64,000 nucleotides of DNA, taken from assembly GCF_018350175.1 (NCBI RefSeq), contig NC_058373.1, forward strand, positions 100,380,001 to 100,444,000, read 5' to 3'. How positions within the stretch are numbered: position 1 is the stretch's first letter; each line of letters opens with the position of its first letter. The stretch comes from Felis catus (Eukaryota). A program made the translations under genes and the position numbers. The notes below the pieces were generated by a model that was given only the letters and a program-made list of their open reading frames with translations, was not told the DNA's origin and did not search any database. Of the stretch, positions 25,562 through 38,515 are shown one piece after another.

Positions 25562-27903
25562 TAAACATACCTCATTTTATTGTGCTTCACTTTACTGCAC
25601 TTCACAGATAACTGTGGTTCTTAGAGATTGTACATTTGTGGCAACCGTCTGTCAAGCAAGTCTATCTGCAATCATTTTTCCAACAGCATTTGCTCACTTC
25701 ATGTCTGTCACATTTTGGTAAATTTCACAATATTTCAAACTTTCTCATTATTACTGTATTTGTTATGGTGATCTGTGACCTCTGATGCTACCATTGTGTA
25801 ATTATTTGGGGGTTCCACAAACCATGCTCATATGACGGCAAACTTAATCGATAAATGTTACATGTGTTCGGACTGCTCCACGGGCCAGCTTTCCACCATC
25901 TCTTTCCCTCTCCTCAGGCCTCCCTATTCCCTGACAATAACAATACTGAAATTAGGCCAATTAACAGCCCAGTTATGGCCTCTAAACGTTCAAGTAAAAG
26001 GAAGTGTTGCACATCTCCCACTTTAAATCAAAAACTATAACTGATTAAACTTAGAGGCTGAAAGCTAGGTCTCTTGTGCAACACAGCCAATTTGCAAATG
26101 CAAAGGAAAAAATCTTCAAAGGAAAGTGTTATTCCAGAGAAAGCAGGAATGATGAGAAAGCAAAACAGCCTTATTGCCGGTATGAAGAAGATTTTAGTGG
26201 TCCAGATAGAAGATCAAACCACCCACAACATTCCCTTAAGCCAAAGCCTAATCCAGAGCAAGGCCCTAATTCTATTCTATGAAGCCTGAGAGAGATGAGA
26301 AAGCTGACAAAAGTTTGAAACTGGCAGAGGTGACTCATGAGGTTTAAGAAGCCAACTTCAGAATATAAAAATGCAAGGTGAAACACCTAGAAGATGCAAG
26401 TTATCCAGAAGAAGATTTAGTAGGTAAGATTAATGAAGGTGGCAAAGCTAAACAAATTTTCAATATAAACAAAAGAGCCTTATATTGGAAGATGTCTTCT
26501 GCGACTTTCATAGCTATAGCTAGAGAGAAGTCAATGCCTGGCTTCAAAGCTTCAAAGGACAAGCTTACTCTCTTGTTAGGGGCTTATGCAGCTGATGACT
26601 TTAAGTTGAAGCCAATGCTCACTGACTATTCCAAAAATCCCTAGGGCCCTTAAGAATTACGCTGAATCTACTCTGCCTATGCTCTATAAATGGAACAAAG
26701 CCTGGATGACAGCACACCTTTTTACAATATGATTTACTGAATATTTTAAGCCCAACGTTGAGACCTACTGCTCAGAAAGAAAGATTCCTTTCAACATACT
26801 ACTGCTAATTGAAAATGCACCTGGTCCCCCAAGAGCTCTGATGAAGATGTACAATGAGATTAATGTTGTTTTCAAGCCTCCTAACACACCATCCATTCTG
26901 CAGCCCATAGATCAAAGTGTCATTTCAATTATCAAGTCTAATTATTTAACAAATATATTTCATAAGGCTAATGCTGCCATGGATAGTGAGTCTTTTGATG
27001 GACCTGGGCTAAGTAAATTGAAAATCTTCCGGAGAGGATTCACCATTCTGGATGCCATTAAGAACACTCCTGATTCATGGGAAGAGATCAAAATATTAAC
27101 ATGAACAGGAGTTTGGAAGAAGTGGATTCCAACCCACATGGAGGACTATGAGGAGTTCAAGACTTCAGTGGAAGAAGTAACTGTAAATGTCGTGGAAACA
27201 GCAAGAGAGCTAGAATTAGAAGAGGAGCCTGAAGGACTAAATTGCTGCAATCTTGTAATAAAACTTGAATGGATAAAGTTGTTTCTTATGCATGAGCAAA
27301 TAAAGTGGTTTCCTGAGGTGCAATCTACTCCTAAAGATGAACACAAAAGGACAACAAAGTATTTAGAATAGGACATAAGCTTAGTTGATAAAGCAGCAGG
27401 AGGGTTTGAGACCATGGACTCCCAATTTTGAAAGAAGTTCTACTGTGAATAAAATGCTATCAAACAGCATCACATGCTGCAGAGAAATCATTCATGAAAG
27501 GAAGAGTCGATCAATGAGGCAAACTTCATTGTTGTCTTAAATTATTTCTTTAAGAAATTAACTGGGGCCACACCCACCCCACCATTTCAGCAACTATCAC
27601 CCTGATCAGTCAGCAGCCATCAACATCAAGGCAAGAGCCTCTATCAGCAAAAAGACCATGACTTACCGAAAGCTCAGATAGTGGTTAGCATTTTTAGTAA
27701 TAAAAGTATTTTTTTAATTAAGGTATGCACATTGCTTTTTTAGACATAATGTTGTTATTGCATACTTAATAAACAGCATAATGCAAACATAACTTGTATA
27801 TGCACTGAGAAACAAAACAATTCTTCTGACTTGCTTTATTGCAATATTCACTTTATTGCAGTGGTCTGGAACCAAACCAGCAATTATCTCTGAGGTATGC
27901 CTG
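25562..27903 (+). mobile_element. Near full-length Tigger1 DNA transposon (~2.34 kb) with disrupted transposase
   Basis: Terminal repeats ...CATACCTC / GAGGTATGCCTG|TA. Transposase fragments MASKRSSKRK (ATG 25975), [59 protein letters not shown], broken by stops and frameshifts. Confidence 0.95.
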
Positions 27904-28781
27904 TAAAACTCAAAACGATTACTGTTAGCAACTATTTAAATATTTTAAGAATGCATATACTAATATGCAAAATTAAGCTGAACTTTAAAACAAGTGAAAA
28001 CCGCAAACAGGTGTCAATAGCAAATAAGCAATCTAGAAAAACTATGTAATCACTTTTGGTTTTATATTTGAGATTTATGTTATTATAAAATTAATACTCT
28101 ACCATCTAAAAATAATTGGAATACCTTCCAAGTCATTTCCTCTCTTCCTGGTTTGACTCTTCAAAAGTCTACATTAATCTTATTTTAGAGGATGACCCTC
28201 CCCTCTTCCAGAACTACTCTTTAACAACATAATTCTCAGTAGTACATTCTACACTCCATCACAACACCATCATCTAAGACTTAAGTTTCTATAATATGAT
28301 CATTAATATTCTACAAAGTATATTGTTGATTTTCCATAGCTATTAAAAACAGAAACAGACTGCATAAATAAAGTCCCAACACTACCTTAGCTAACATATT
28401 TTGTTAATCAATAAGGTACCAAAAAAAAAAAAAAAAAAAAAACTGGCAATGAAGCATGAAAATATTTCATAACTCCATAATTGTCCTCCATTCCACTCCA
28501 CTCCATCCAACAAATTAAGGGAAGACTACACCAAGATCATGCAAATAGTAATTATATTAACCAAACCTTTAAATCTTTGAAATTGGATATATCTCCTCGA
28601 ATCCTATTCTGTTTCTTCCTCTCCTTCAGTTTTTCTTGGAACTTACCTCTTAAGCAGCTGTTGAATTGTCCCTTTCTCTCCTTTTACATTGCCTTAGTTG
28701 AAGTCCTCAACATTTCTTGCCTGACTACTATAATCCCATTTTTTTTGCAAAACTAAGTTATCTTATAGAATGTAAATTTGG

Positions 28782-29007
28782 GGGGCGCCTGGGTGGCTCA
28801 CTTGGTTAAATGTCCGACTTCAGCTCAGGTCATGATCTCGTGGTTCATGAGTTCAAGCCCCGTGTCGGGCTCTGTGCTAACATCTCAGAGCCTGAAGCCT
28901 GCTTCAGATTCTGTCTCCTACTCTCTCTGCCCCTCCCCTGCTCATGCTCAGTCTCTCTCTCTCTCTCAAAAATAAAATAAACATTACAAAATTTAAAAAA
29001 AATAAAA
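28782..29007 (+). mobile_element. Can-SINE
   Basis: TSD AATGTAAATTTGG. Confidence 0.92.
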
Positions 29008-29455
29008 AATGTAAATTTGGTAATTTTACTTCTCTACTTAACTTTCCAAGTTCCTCTCTTGCTAGTGTTTTATAGGATCTTAATAGGTTACACAAATCTT
29101 AACCATCTGTGCCCCACATCCCTCTAGCTATCCCCAGCTACAACTCCTGCCTTGGCCAAGTCTGTGGCATAACTAGGTGTTTCAGAGCTCCTTGCCTGGA
29201 TACTTTTTTCTTTGCCCACTCAGAAGGTGATAAAGTCCTACAATAGAATCAGCTCAAATATTACCAACTGAGTCTTCACTGACCCTCCTGTCAAAACAGT
29301 TAAGGTACATGTTAGCACTCTGAATAAGACATTACACTTCATTATATTTTAAATAAACAACTTCAATTGAGGGTCTTTGAGCTTATTCATCTTGTATCTC
29401 AAAGACTGAACCCAGGGTATGGCACCCAGAATTAAACCAATAAACATGTGTAACA

Positions 29456-29676
29456 GGGGTGCCGAAGTGGTTCAGTTGGCATCTGACTGTTGGTTGCAGC
29501 TTGGGTCATGGTCTCATGGTTTGTGAATTCAAGCCCACATCGGACTCCATGCTAGCAGCATGGAGCCTGCTTGGGGTTCTCATTCTCTCCCTCTCTCTCT
29601 GCCCCTTCCCAGCTCGCTCTCTCTGTCTCTCTCTCTCAAAATACACTTTAAACAAACAAACAAACAAATAAATAAA
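29456..29676 (+). mobile_element. Can-SINE (diverged)
   Basis: Head, CT tract, (CAAA)n tail. Confidence 0.85.
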
Positions 29677-29889
29677 TGTAATATAGAGGCAACATGTTAA
29701 AAAACCTTAATGTGGAAAATTGTTATTACTCCATGACAAAAGTTTTTGTCAAAGATTAAAAACTCTGTCAGTTTTAGGTGAAATAGGAAAATGAAAAAAT
29801 AGAAAAACTGGTATTAAGTGCAGTGTAATTTAAACGATTAGAAACATTGAGAACTGCTACATTTCTTTGCAAAAATTTATCAAGAGTTG

Positions 29890-30540
29890 TTTAAACAGTG
29901 CCCACCTATGCCTTGGCGAATCGTTGTACTCCTTCTAAGTTTGGGTCAACTTCCAACATTCTATCCTTTGCACTTTCAATGTCATGAAATATCTCTGAGA
30001 GTTCCTTCCATAACAATTTTTTTTGCTTGTGTCACTTTGAGACATTTTCATCCTTCTTGTCATACCACCTTCCTCATTTATGTCAACTTATCTGCCTTCA
30101 CTAAATCCCTTTGGCTGCATGTCAGGTCTCTCAATGGTGACAGCATCCACAGTCCATGGTGAGCTATTTCTTCTACAATTTCCCCATCCATGTGTGATTC
30201 CAATTTCACTCCCAGTATTATCACTCTTTGTTTCTTTGCTGTACAATTCCCACTGTCAATGATCCATTTTTGTAAAATATGTCGTGAGTTTATTAGTGGA
30301 AGACAAAAAGGCAACACTGCTACACACTGTGACTATGCATGAACTGTGTAACAAATATACAGTGACCAACCATGGGCAGACTCTGAAATAAGTGACATGA
30401 GCGTCACTGGGTCACAATGCACACCTGTTATTTACATAATGAAGAACAAGGAGTTCTTACTTCAAGCAATTATTCATTCTTAAAGTATGGTGGTAACTAA
30501 AATGGGAACCCTGTTGTTGGATGGCTGGTGCTACTGACCT
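29890..30540. mobile_element. Possible ancient TcMar-Tigger remnant
   Basis: Resembles old Tigger-type consensus from memory only. Confidence 0.35.
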
Positions 30541-30703
30541 ATACCCTGATAACTGAAATGTGTATTCTGAAAGTATACAAAGCACTGATAGTTTCCAAAA
30601 ATCTATCTGGTATGTCATTTTCTTTTTAAAATGGTTTTAATCTGTTAGCAGATGCTGTAAACTGCTTCAAAGTTTACACATCATTTAAATTGCCAACATA
30701 CTC

Positions 30704-30822
30704 CTTTTTTTTTTTTTTAAGTAGGCTTCATGCCCAACATGGGGCTTGAGCACACAACCCTGAGATCAAGACCTGAGCTAAAATCAACAGATGCTTCACC
30801 GACTGGGTCACTCAGCACCCCC
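30704..30822 (-). mobile_element. Short-type Can-SINE
   Basis: Poly-T, AAGTAGGCTTCATGCCCAACATGGGGCTTGA... Confidence 0.85.
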
Positions 30823-30855
30823 AACTGCCAATATTTCAGTTAAGGTACCCCATTC

Positions 30856-31040
30856 AAGGCGCATGTGGGTAGCTAAGTTGGTGAAAAGTCTGACTCTTGA
30901 CTTCAGCTCAGGTCACGATCTCACAGTCTGTAAGATAGAGCCCCACATAGGGGTCTGTGCTGGCAGCATGGAGCCTGTGTAGGATTCTCTCTCCTCTCTC
31001 TCTGTGCCCCTCCCCTGCTCGTACGCACTCAAAATAAATA
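30856..31040 (+). mobile_element. Can-SINE
   Basis: TCAGCTCAGGTCACGATCTC, CT tract, AAAATAAATA. Confidence 0.85.
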
Positions 31041-33850
31041 GGCATTTTTAAAATATGAATTAAAAAATAAAGTACCCTATCCAACTTTAAATTTAAAAAA
31101 TGATTATTTTTACAATAAAGCTTCAAAGACTGACTAAAGTGGATGGATTGATCAATTACAGAACACACTTAGAAACTAAAAAGTCACAAATTGGTATTTC
31201 TTTGATATAACTCACTGACTGAAAATTTAGGAATTGGGTCATCAAAAGAAAACAGAATCAACTAAGCTTACAAATTGCCTTTTGAAGTTATTCAGCAACT
31301 CAAAATAATGTCTATCAATTTCAATTTGTTACTTAATACTACAAAATATACTAACCCAAAGTAGTTGAGAAGCTTTATCAGATCACATAAACCGTGCGTG
31401 CAACTACACAGTGCCCACAAATAGAGGAAAGTATGCCAATTATTCATTTCCAGTGGGTGGGTAACTTTCTATCCAATCCTAAAGGCTTACTACTAATTTG
31501 GTTCAACTTGGCTTAATTCCTAGAAGACTGGACTGGGGAGTTCATGAATTATCAACATCTGACAAATTCTAAGACAGTAACATCAGGGTTGAATTTACCA
31601 GTTAGTATTTGACTCACAAATGTACTAACTATATTTGTCTTTTAAAGGTGATCAAAGGTGCTAACCATTCTACAGTTCAAAAAAGAAGTAATTTAGTGAG
31701 AATATTTTATTGGCTTTGACATTTTAAATTTATCTCAGAAAATACTAACAAATCCTCATACAGGAGTCTAGACTACTGAAATAAATATTTCTTGGAATCC
31801 AAGAGGTCTTTACTGCTTACATCTTATGTTACTGACATTCATACTTGAATGAGCTTCAAATTGGAAAAAATCTGAGGTCTCTCCCTGTTTAAAGTCTTTA
31901 CTGGTATCTCACAGCTCTTAGTATATATAACACTAAATCTTTTAAGCCTGGTTTATAAAGCACTTTAAGCACTTATTTCTTATGCCTGTCAAGCCACTAG
32001 TTCCCCAGGACTGCTCTTCCCTCATCAATAGACTTCTTTCAGTTCCTCAAATGGCCACCCTCTCTCACTTCACCTCTCATGCTGGTACTTCTCATCTTCT
32101 CCCAACCTGTTCTTCCTCCAACCCATGCCCTTATGCTAACATCCTCTGCCATTCTTCTGGCTAATTCCCACTCCACCTTCAACTTAAAAGTAATTGCCTC
32201 CGAAAATCCTTCCCTATATACCAGAGGTCAGGTAACCAAGTAGATACTCCCATAACTATTTCAATTATCAACACTCATCAAATTATAGCAATTACTTAAA
32301 GATTGTCTTGCCCCTACGACTACAAAATGAGTGAAAATAAAGAATGAGTTAATTTTGTTCACTTCCTGTCTCTCCCATTTGTAGTACAATGTCTAGCATT
32401 CAGTAGGTTCTCATTTAAAATATTTAAGTGGGTGAGTGAAGGAATAATAGGAAAGAGTATCATCTTCTTACCGAACTTTCAGATGTCCTCTCTATAATCT
32501 TATCTCCTACTTCTCCAAGCTATTATTCAATACACCATAAATAGTGCAGTCACAATCTGGAATGCCTTTCTTCCTTCCTAACTAATTTTTCACTCTGGCC
32601 CCCTTCAAATAAGACCAGTCATTGCTCATCCTTCTAAATCTCCATCATCTTCCTGTACTACTTTTTTGGCATTTCACAACCAGACTGTCAAAGCAATCTT
32701 CTGTTTTCATTTTGGTACTAGAAAGCTGCTCACATTTTAAGCAGGGACTATGCCCCATTACCGAATATAATGCTTGGCCCTCCATAAACGTTTGCTGCTG
32801 CTACTACTGATGAGGTCAAGTTTATGTACCTCTTCTATCCCCACAAAGTCTCCTGCTATATACTGTTATAACCTATCAAAAATAGTGTGAGTGTACATAA
32901 GTATATTCATGCAGGAACGTTTATACACAAATGTCCCATCTCACTCTAAAGTCTTTCGTTCCCTAAGATCTTTAAGGCATTTATTTATTCCTTAAACCCA
33001 TAAGGTAAGATACTTAATAGTGAGATATTCCAAAGGTCCGTCAGGATCCTCAATAAAATAACAATTATTACAAACTAGTACTTACCAGGTTCCCAAGAAC
33101 CGTTCTATGAACTTTACACATATATATTCATTTAATCCTCACAAGAAACCTATAAGAAAGTATATAATTACCCCCATTTTACTTGTAAGGAAATCAAGAC
33201 ACAGCACTGTTAAATAACTTGGCCCAAGGTCACAAAGCTGATAGACAGTGAAACCAGTATTCAAACCTAGGCAATCTGGCTTCAGGTAACGTACTCAGAA
33301 AGTTCAGAATCATTCAACAAAATTCACAAGAGCAAGAAAATAAGGTGTTTCTGGTCAAATACCACATAAATACAGTGAAAACAAAGTAGACAGACTACTT
33401 CAATCTACAATTCAAGTTTACGTTTTAGGTTTACATAGCATTTAAAATATAACTGGTGATAACATTTTATTGAGCTCTTACTAATTACCAGGGATTCTGT
33501 GAATCCTTTTAATACCATCCTTAGTTCTTATACTAACTCCAAGAAACAGGTAAGTAAACTAAGGTTAAGTAAGATTAAATAATCAGAAGTTAAATAACAT
33601 GCCAAGGTCACATATAAGTAGTCATGTTTTAGACTAAGTTCTTAAACTAACAAAGTTTACCTTTAATGAAAGCATTTGCCTAAACCAGAATTTAAATTTA
33701 TTGTAAATACCTTCCAGTTCAGCATAATTTATCTATAATTTTGCATACACTGGTGCATAAAATCTGCTTCTAAAACATTCTTGTCATATTTTCTTTATAA
33801 TACTACCAACAGTGATGCAAGGTAGCACAATAAAGTTAAAATACATTCCT

Positions 33851-34060
33851 GGGGCGCCTGGGTGGGCTCAGTCAGTGAGTGACCAACCTCAGCTCAGGTC
33901 ATAATCTTGCGGTATGTGGGTTTAAGCCCTTCGTTAGGCACTGTGCTGACAGCTCAGGGCCTGGAGCCTGCTTCAGATTCTGTGTCTCCCTCTCTGGCCC
34001 TCCCCTGCTTGTGCTCTGTGTCTCTCTCAAAAATAAACATTAAATAAATAAATAAATAAA
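33851..34060 (+). mobile_element. Can-SINE
   Basis: GGGGCGCCTGGGTGG head, (TAAA)n tail. Confidence 0.9.
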
Positions 34061-34683
34061 TTCTTAATATGGTAGAGAACAAGTATTATTTGGCTTACCT
34101 TTATAAAAGACATATTCTCAATCATTTATAAAATATCATTATTTATCTAGTTCAGTAAAAGGGAAAAATTTACATACCACTAAAAGAGCTTGGACTACAA
34201 TCATCATTATTATCATCACTGCATTTACAAAGTCTATTCTGAAACACTTCATATTCATTAACTAACTTAATCCTTTAATAATCCTATAATAAAGTTACTA
34301 TTCACTCCATTTTACAGCTGAGTAGCCAGAGGCACAGACAGGTCACACAGCACAAGGTTGTACAGCTAGAATATAGTAAAGTCAGGACCATCACAGCAGC
34401 AGGCTGTCCCCACACCCCAATCTATGCTCCATAACAAGAGCATTCTATCACAGCAACAGAACTCAACACCTTGCATAAAACTGTAAATTGATAACAGCAA
34501 TCATTTGCTCTTTTTCCAAGTTATTTCTAAATTCAAAGATTAGGAAATTCCACAACTACATTAAAGAATATTAAGCTGGGAAGCACTTATCCAATAGACA
34601 TCTTCATCTATCATCAATAAAGCTGGCACTTTGTTGGTGTTTTATTCATAAACCTGAGTGTTCCATTAAGAAAAAGATATCTA

Positions 34684-34897
34684 GGGGCGCCTGGGTGGCT
34701 CACTCGGTTGAGCGTCTGACTTCAGCTCAGATCCCATCTCACTGTTCGTGGGCCTTGAGCCCCACGGTTGGGCTCTGGGCTGACAACTCAGAGCCTGGAG
34801 CCTGCTTCAGGTTCTGTGTCTCCCTCTCTCTGACCCTCCCTGCTCGCACTCTGTGTTTCTCTCTCCCAAAAATAAACATTAAAAAAAAATTAAAAAG
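34684..34897 (+). mobile_element. Can-SINE (host of a nested young SINE)
   Basis: Outer TSD AAGAAAAAGATATCTA at 34668-34683 and 35116-35131. Confidence 0.9.
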
Positions 34898-34899
34898 GC

Positions 34900-35110
34900 G
34901 GGGCGCCTGGGTGGCGCAGTCGGTTGAGTGTCCGACTTCAGCCAGGTCACGATCTCGCGGTCCGTGAGTTCGAGCCCCGCGTCGGGCTCTGGGCTGATGG
35001 CTCAGAGCCTGGAGCCTGTTTCCGATTCTGTGTCTCCCTCTCTCTCTGCCCCTCCCCCGTTCATGCTCTGTCTCTGTCCCAAAAATAAATAAACGTTGAA
35101 AAAAAAAAAA
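34900..35110 (+). mobile_element. Very young SINEC_Fc-like SINE in the A tail of the previous SINE
   Basis: Nearly all CpGs intact; inner TSD AAAAAAAAATTAAAAAG. Confidence 0.92.
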
Positions 35111-35618
35111 TTAAAAAGAAAAAGATATCTAAATCATCATTACACTTGCTTTGAAATTACCATCTTTGAAATACTTGATATAGTTTTTAGTTACAGCATA
35201 ATATAAAAACTAAGATAGCTAAATACTTGAGAAAAGATTCACTACAGATTATAAAACAGATTTCATCTCCTCTGAGCTAGATATGATCAGCTTCCTAATT
35301 TTGGAATTATATAAAGTTGCCCAAGGAAACACTGAAGGTGGCTGGTCCTCATACAATTAGATAGTAGATAATCAAGTCCAAAAACATGAATCATGAAAGA
35401 AAATCCAAATGTAACCTCACATTTTAATCATTTACTACTTATCTTCTTCTCTTATACAGAATAATTCACTTAAGAGCAGAATTATTGAAACTGAGGAAAA
35501 AATACAAGATAAAAATTTCAAAACATTTTTCCAGGTAACTCTAGGTAAGTCACTATGAATAAATAGTATAATATTCTCAGTGAAGGAGAGTGGACCAGGA
35601 TTTGAATAAGGATCCTTT

Positions 35619-35836
35619 TTTTTTTTTTTTTTAAAGATTTTATTTTTAATGTTTATTTATTTCTGAGACACAGACATGAGCTGGGGAGGAGCAGAGAGAG
35701 AGGGAGACACAGAATCCAAAGCAGGCTGTATCTAGGCTCTGAGCTTCAGCAGAGAGCCTGATGTGGGGCTTGAACTCACAAACCTTGAGATCATGACCTG
35801 AGCCAAAATCAGACGCCTGAGCCACCCAGGCACCCC
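35619..35836 (-). mobile_element. Can-SINE
   Basis: TSD TGAATAAGGATCCTTTT. Confidence 0.92.
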
Positions 35837-36244
35837 TGAATAAGGATCCTTTTATCCACAACAGGATTATTTTAGAATGGTGTATCATCTAGTTGAAGGA
35901 GTTACCACATTTGAAAAACAATGATCAAAGAACTCTAATAAAATTACAAAGAGAAGGAAACAAATTTAAATGAAGGCTTATTCTGTGTTTACCTATACTG
36001 TATAGATAAGGAAATTAAGATTCTGAAACATTGAAAACTCTGATTTAAAAAAAAAAAATCACACAGCTATTAAGTGGTGGGATTAAAGATTAGAACCCAG
36101 ACTTAATTCCTCTGTAACATTCCTAGAACATTAAATTCTGAAGCTTTTCTTTGATTATTCAAAGATGCTTCATGATAGTATTTGTGACTAAAACTAAGTT
36201 TTCTAGTAGATTAGTAACAAATTGGTTTCCATTGGACACCACAG

Positions 36245-37345
36245 GTTAGGCAGATTTCTTACATATGACAACTTTAAAAGGCTCAACCCAGAGAAGAAAA
36301 AAATTGATAAAATGGACTTCATCAAAATTAAGAACTTCTGCTCCTTGAAAGATACTGTTAAGAAAATGAAATGACTACTGGTAGACTGGGAGGAAATACT
36401 GCAAAACACATATCTGAATAAGGACTTGTATCTAAAATACATAAAGAACTCATAAAACTCAATAACAACATAATTTTTTTAAAAACAGGCAAAAGGTATG
36501 AAGACATTTCACTAAAAAGATATACAGATGGCATAAACGCATGTGAAAAGCTCCCCATCGTTAAAGAAATGTGATTTAAAATCATAGAGATACCCCTACA
36601 TACTTATTAGACTGACTAAAATTAAGAAAAATATAAACAAAAGACCTGACAACACCAGTGCTGGGGAAAGACTCAGAGCAATTGAACTCTCAAACTGTTT
36701 TCTTCCAGTTCTCATACAATACTGACAGGCATGCAAAATAATGTGGTCACTTTCAAAAAGATGGCAGTTTCTTATAAATTTAAGTATATGCTTAGCATAC
36801 TACCCAGCAATCCCACTCCTCAGTAGTTATCCAAGAGAAATGAAAATATATGTTCATGCTAATGTTTACAGCAGCCCTATTCATAATCTCTCCAAACTGG
36901 AAATAATACAAATGCCCTTCAGCTGGTGAATGGATAAACTTGGTAAACATCCCTACAATAAACTACACAGAAATAGAAAAAACTGCTTTTACACTCATGA
37001 CACATAGATGAATCTAAATGTACTATGCTAAAAAAAATTTTTACTTAGAAAAATTTTATATTATGCTAAGTGACAGAAACCAGACTCAAAGCTACATGCT
37101 CTGTGGCTCCATTTATAGGACATTCTAGTAAAGGCAAACTATCAGGGGTTTTCAGGAGTTGGGGTTAAGGGGATGGACTGATTGTAAAGGATACAAGGAA
37201 ACTTCTTGGAGTGCTAGATAAATCCTGTATCTTGACTACAGTAGTTTTACATGACTACATAATTTGTTAAAGCTCAGCACATTGTACAAAGGATGAATGT
37301 TAAGGTAATGTAAATTGTACCTCGGTAACATAAACATCAACAAAA
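36245..37345 (+). mobile_element. Old L1M 3' fragment
   Basis: GACTTCATCAAAATTAAGAACTTCTGCTC; CCCAGCAATCCCACTCCT; 3' UTR-like end. Confidence 0.8.
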
Positions 37346-38295
37346 AACTAATATAAATGCAATTATGCAAATAATTCGTTACAAATGAATTATAATGGAT
37401 ATGAATTTGTAACCACAAACCCAGTGTAGAACATCATACCTCCATTTTAAAAAATCATTTAAAAATATTCCTTTAGAATATTCGCTTAACTCACACAGGA
37501 CATATATACCATTTTGTAACATACCATAGCATTAGCATTATTGGGTTTTATTTCAGTAAAATAATTATTTAAATAAAAATACCGCATGCATTCACTTTTT
37601 TCCAAAATCAATTTCATTAGTTTCTAAACGGGCTGAATGCTTTCATGTGCCAAGAAACAATTTTATATCATTCCTTTGTTATAACTGAATAAAAAACATT
37701 GCTCTTATAAAAAGAATTAATTTACTACTGAAGACCTCATGGTTATAGATTTTTCAAATCTCTGTAATACCATCATCCACTTATTGGTCCATTTGACTTC
37801 AGAAATCTTAAGAAAACAGCAGTTAAATATCTTTTATTACATTTGAAAGAGGTAGGTGTGTGTCTGGAATGATAGCTATTTTTCTCGTTTAGGGGGTGAG
37901 AACACAAAGCAGCCCCAAACTAAACTCTGAGTACAAGTCTCTGTTTTCAAAGCTGTAACCTATTAAATAGTCCAGATTACATTTAACTCCTGTTAAAAGC
38001 AGTTCCCTTCCTCCCCCCACTCCCCCCCCCCCCGCCCCATTCTGTATATTCAGGGGCTCTCAATGCCAAAGAAAACAGCCCCTCTCATTTGTATAACACT
38101 AATAGTGTATAAACGCATTTTCGCACATATTATCTCTTTTAATTCTCACCAAGGCCTATAAGAAAGTGCTTTGTTTTTTTGTTTTTTGTTTTTTTAATTT
38201 CCATTTTGTAGACATCAAAAACCCCCTTGGAAGGTCAGATTCGTTGTTCAAAAATCACACACACCAGGTTAAGTGGCAGGGCCAGAATGCTGTTG

Positions 38296-38515
38296 TTTTT
38301 TTTAATTTTTTTTTTTAACGTTTATTTATTTTTGAGACAGAGAGAGACAGAGCATGAATGGGGGAGGGGCAGAGAGAGGGAGACACAGAATCTGAAACAG
38401 GCTCCAGGCTCAGCTGTCAGCACAGAGCCGATGCAGGGCTCAAACTCACGGACCGCGAGATCATGACCTGAGCCGAAGTCGGCCGCCTAACCGACTGAGC
38501 CACACAGGCGCCCCC
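38296..38515 (-). mobile_element. Can-SINE (SINEC_Fc-like)
   Basis: Full-length reverse SINE, TSD AATGCTGTT. Confidence 0.92.

Noticed and set aside
25975..27371. Domesticated TIGD1-like transposase gene
   Set aside because: Multiple stops, frameshifts and deletions; a decayed Tigger1 copy.
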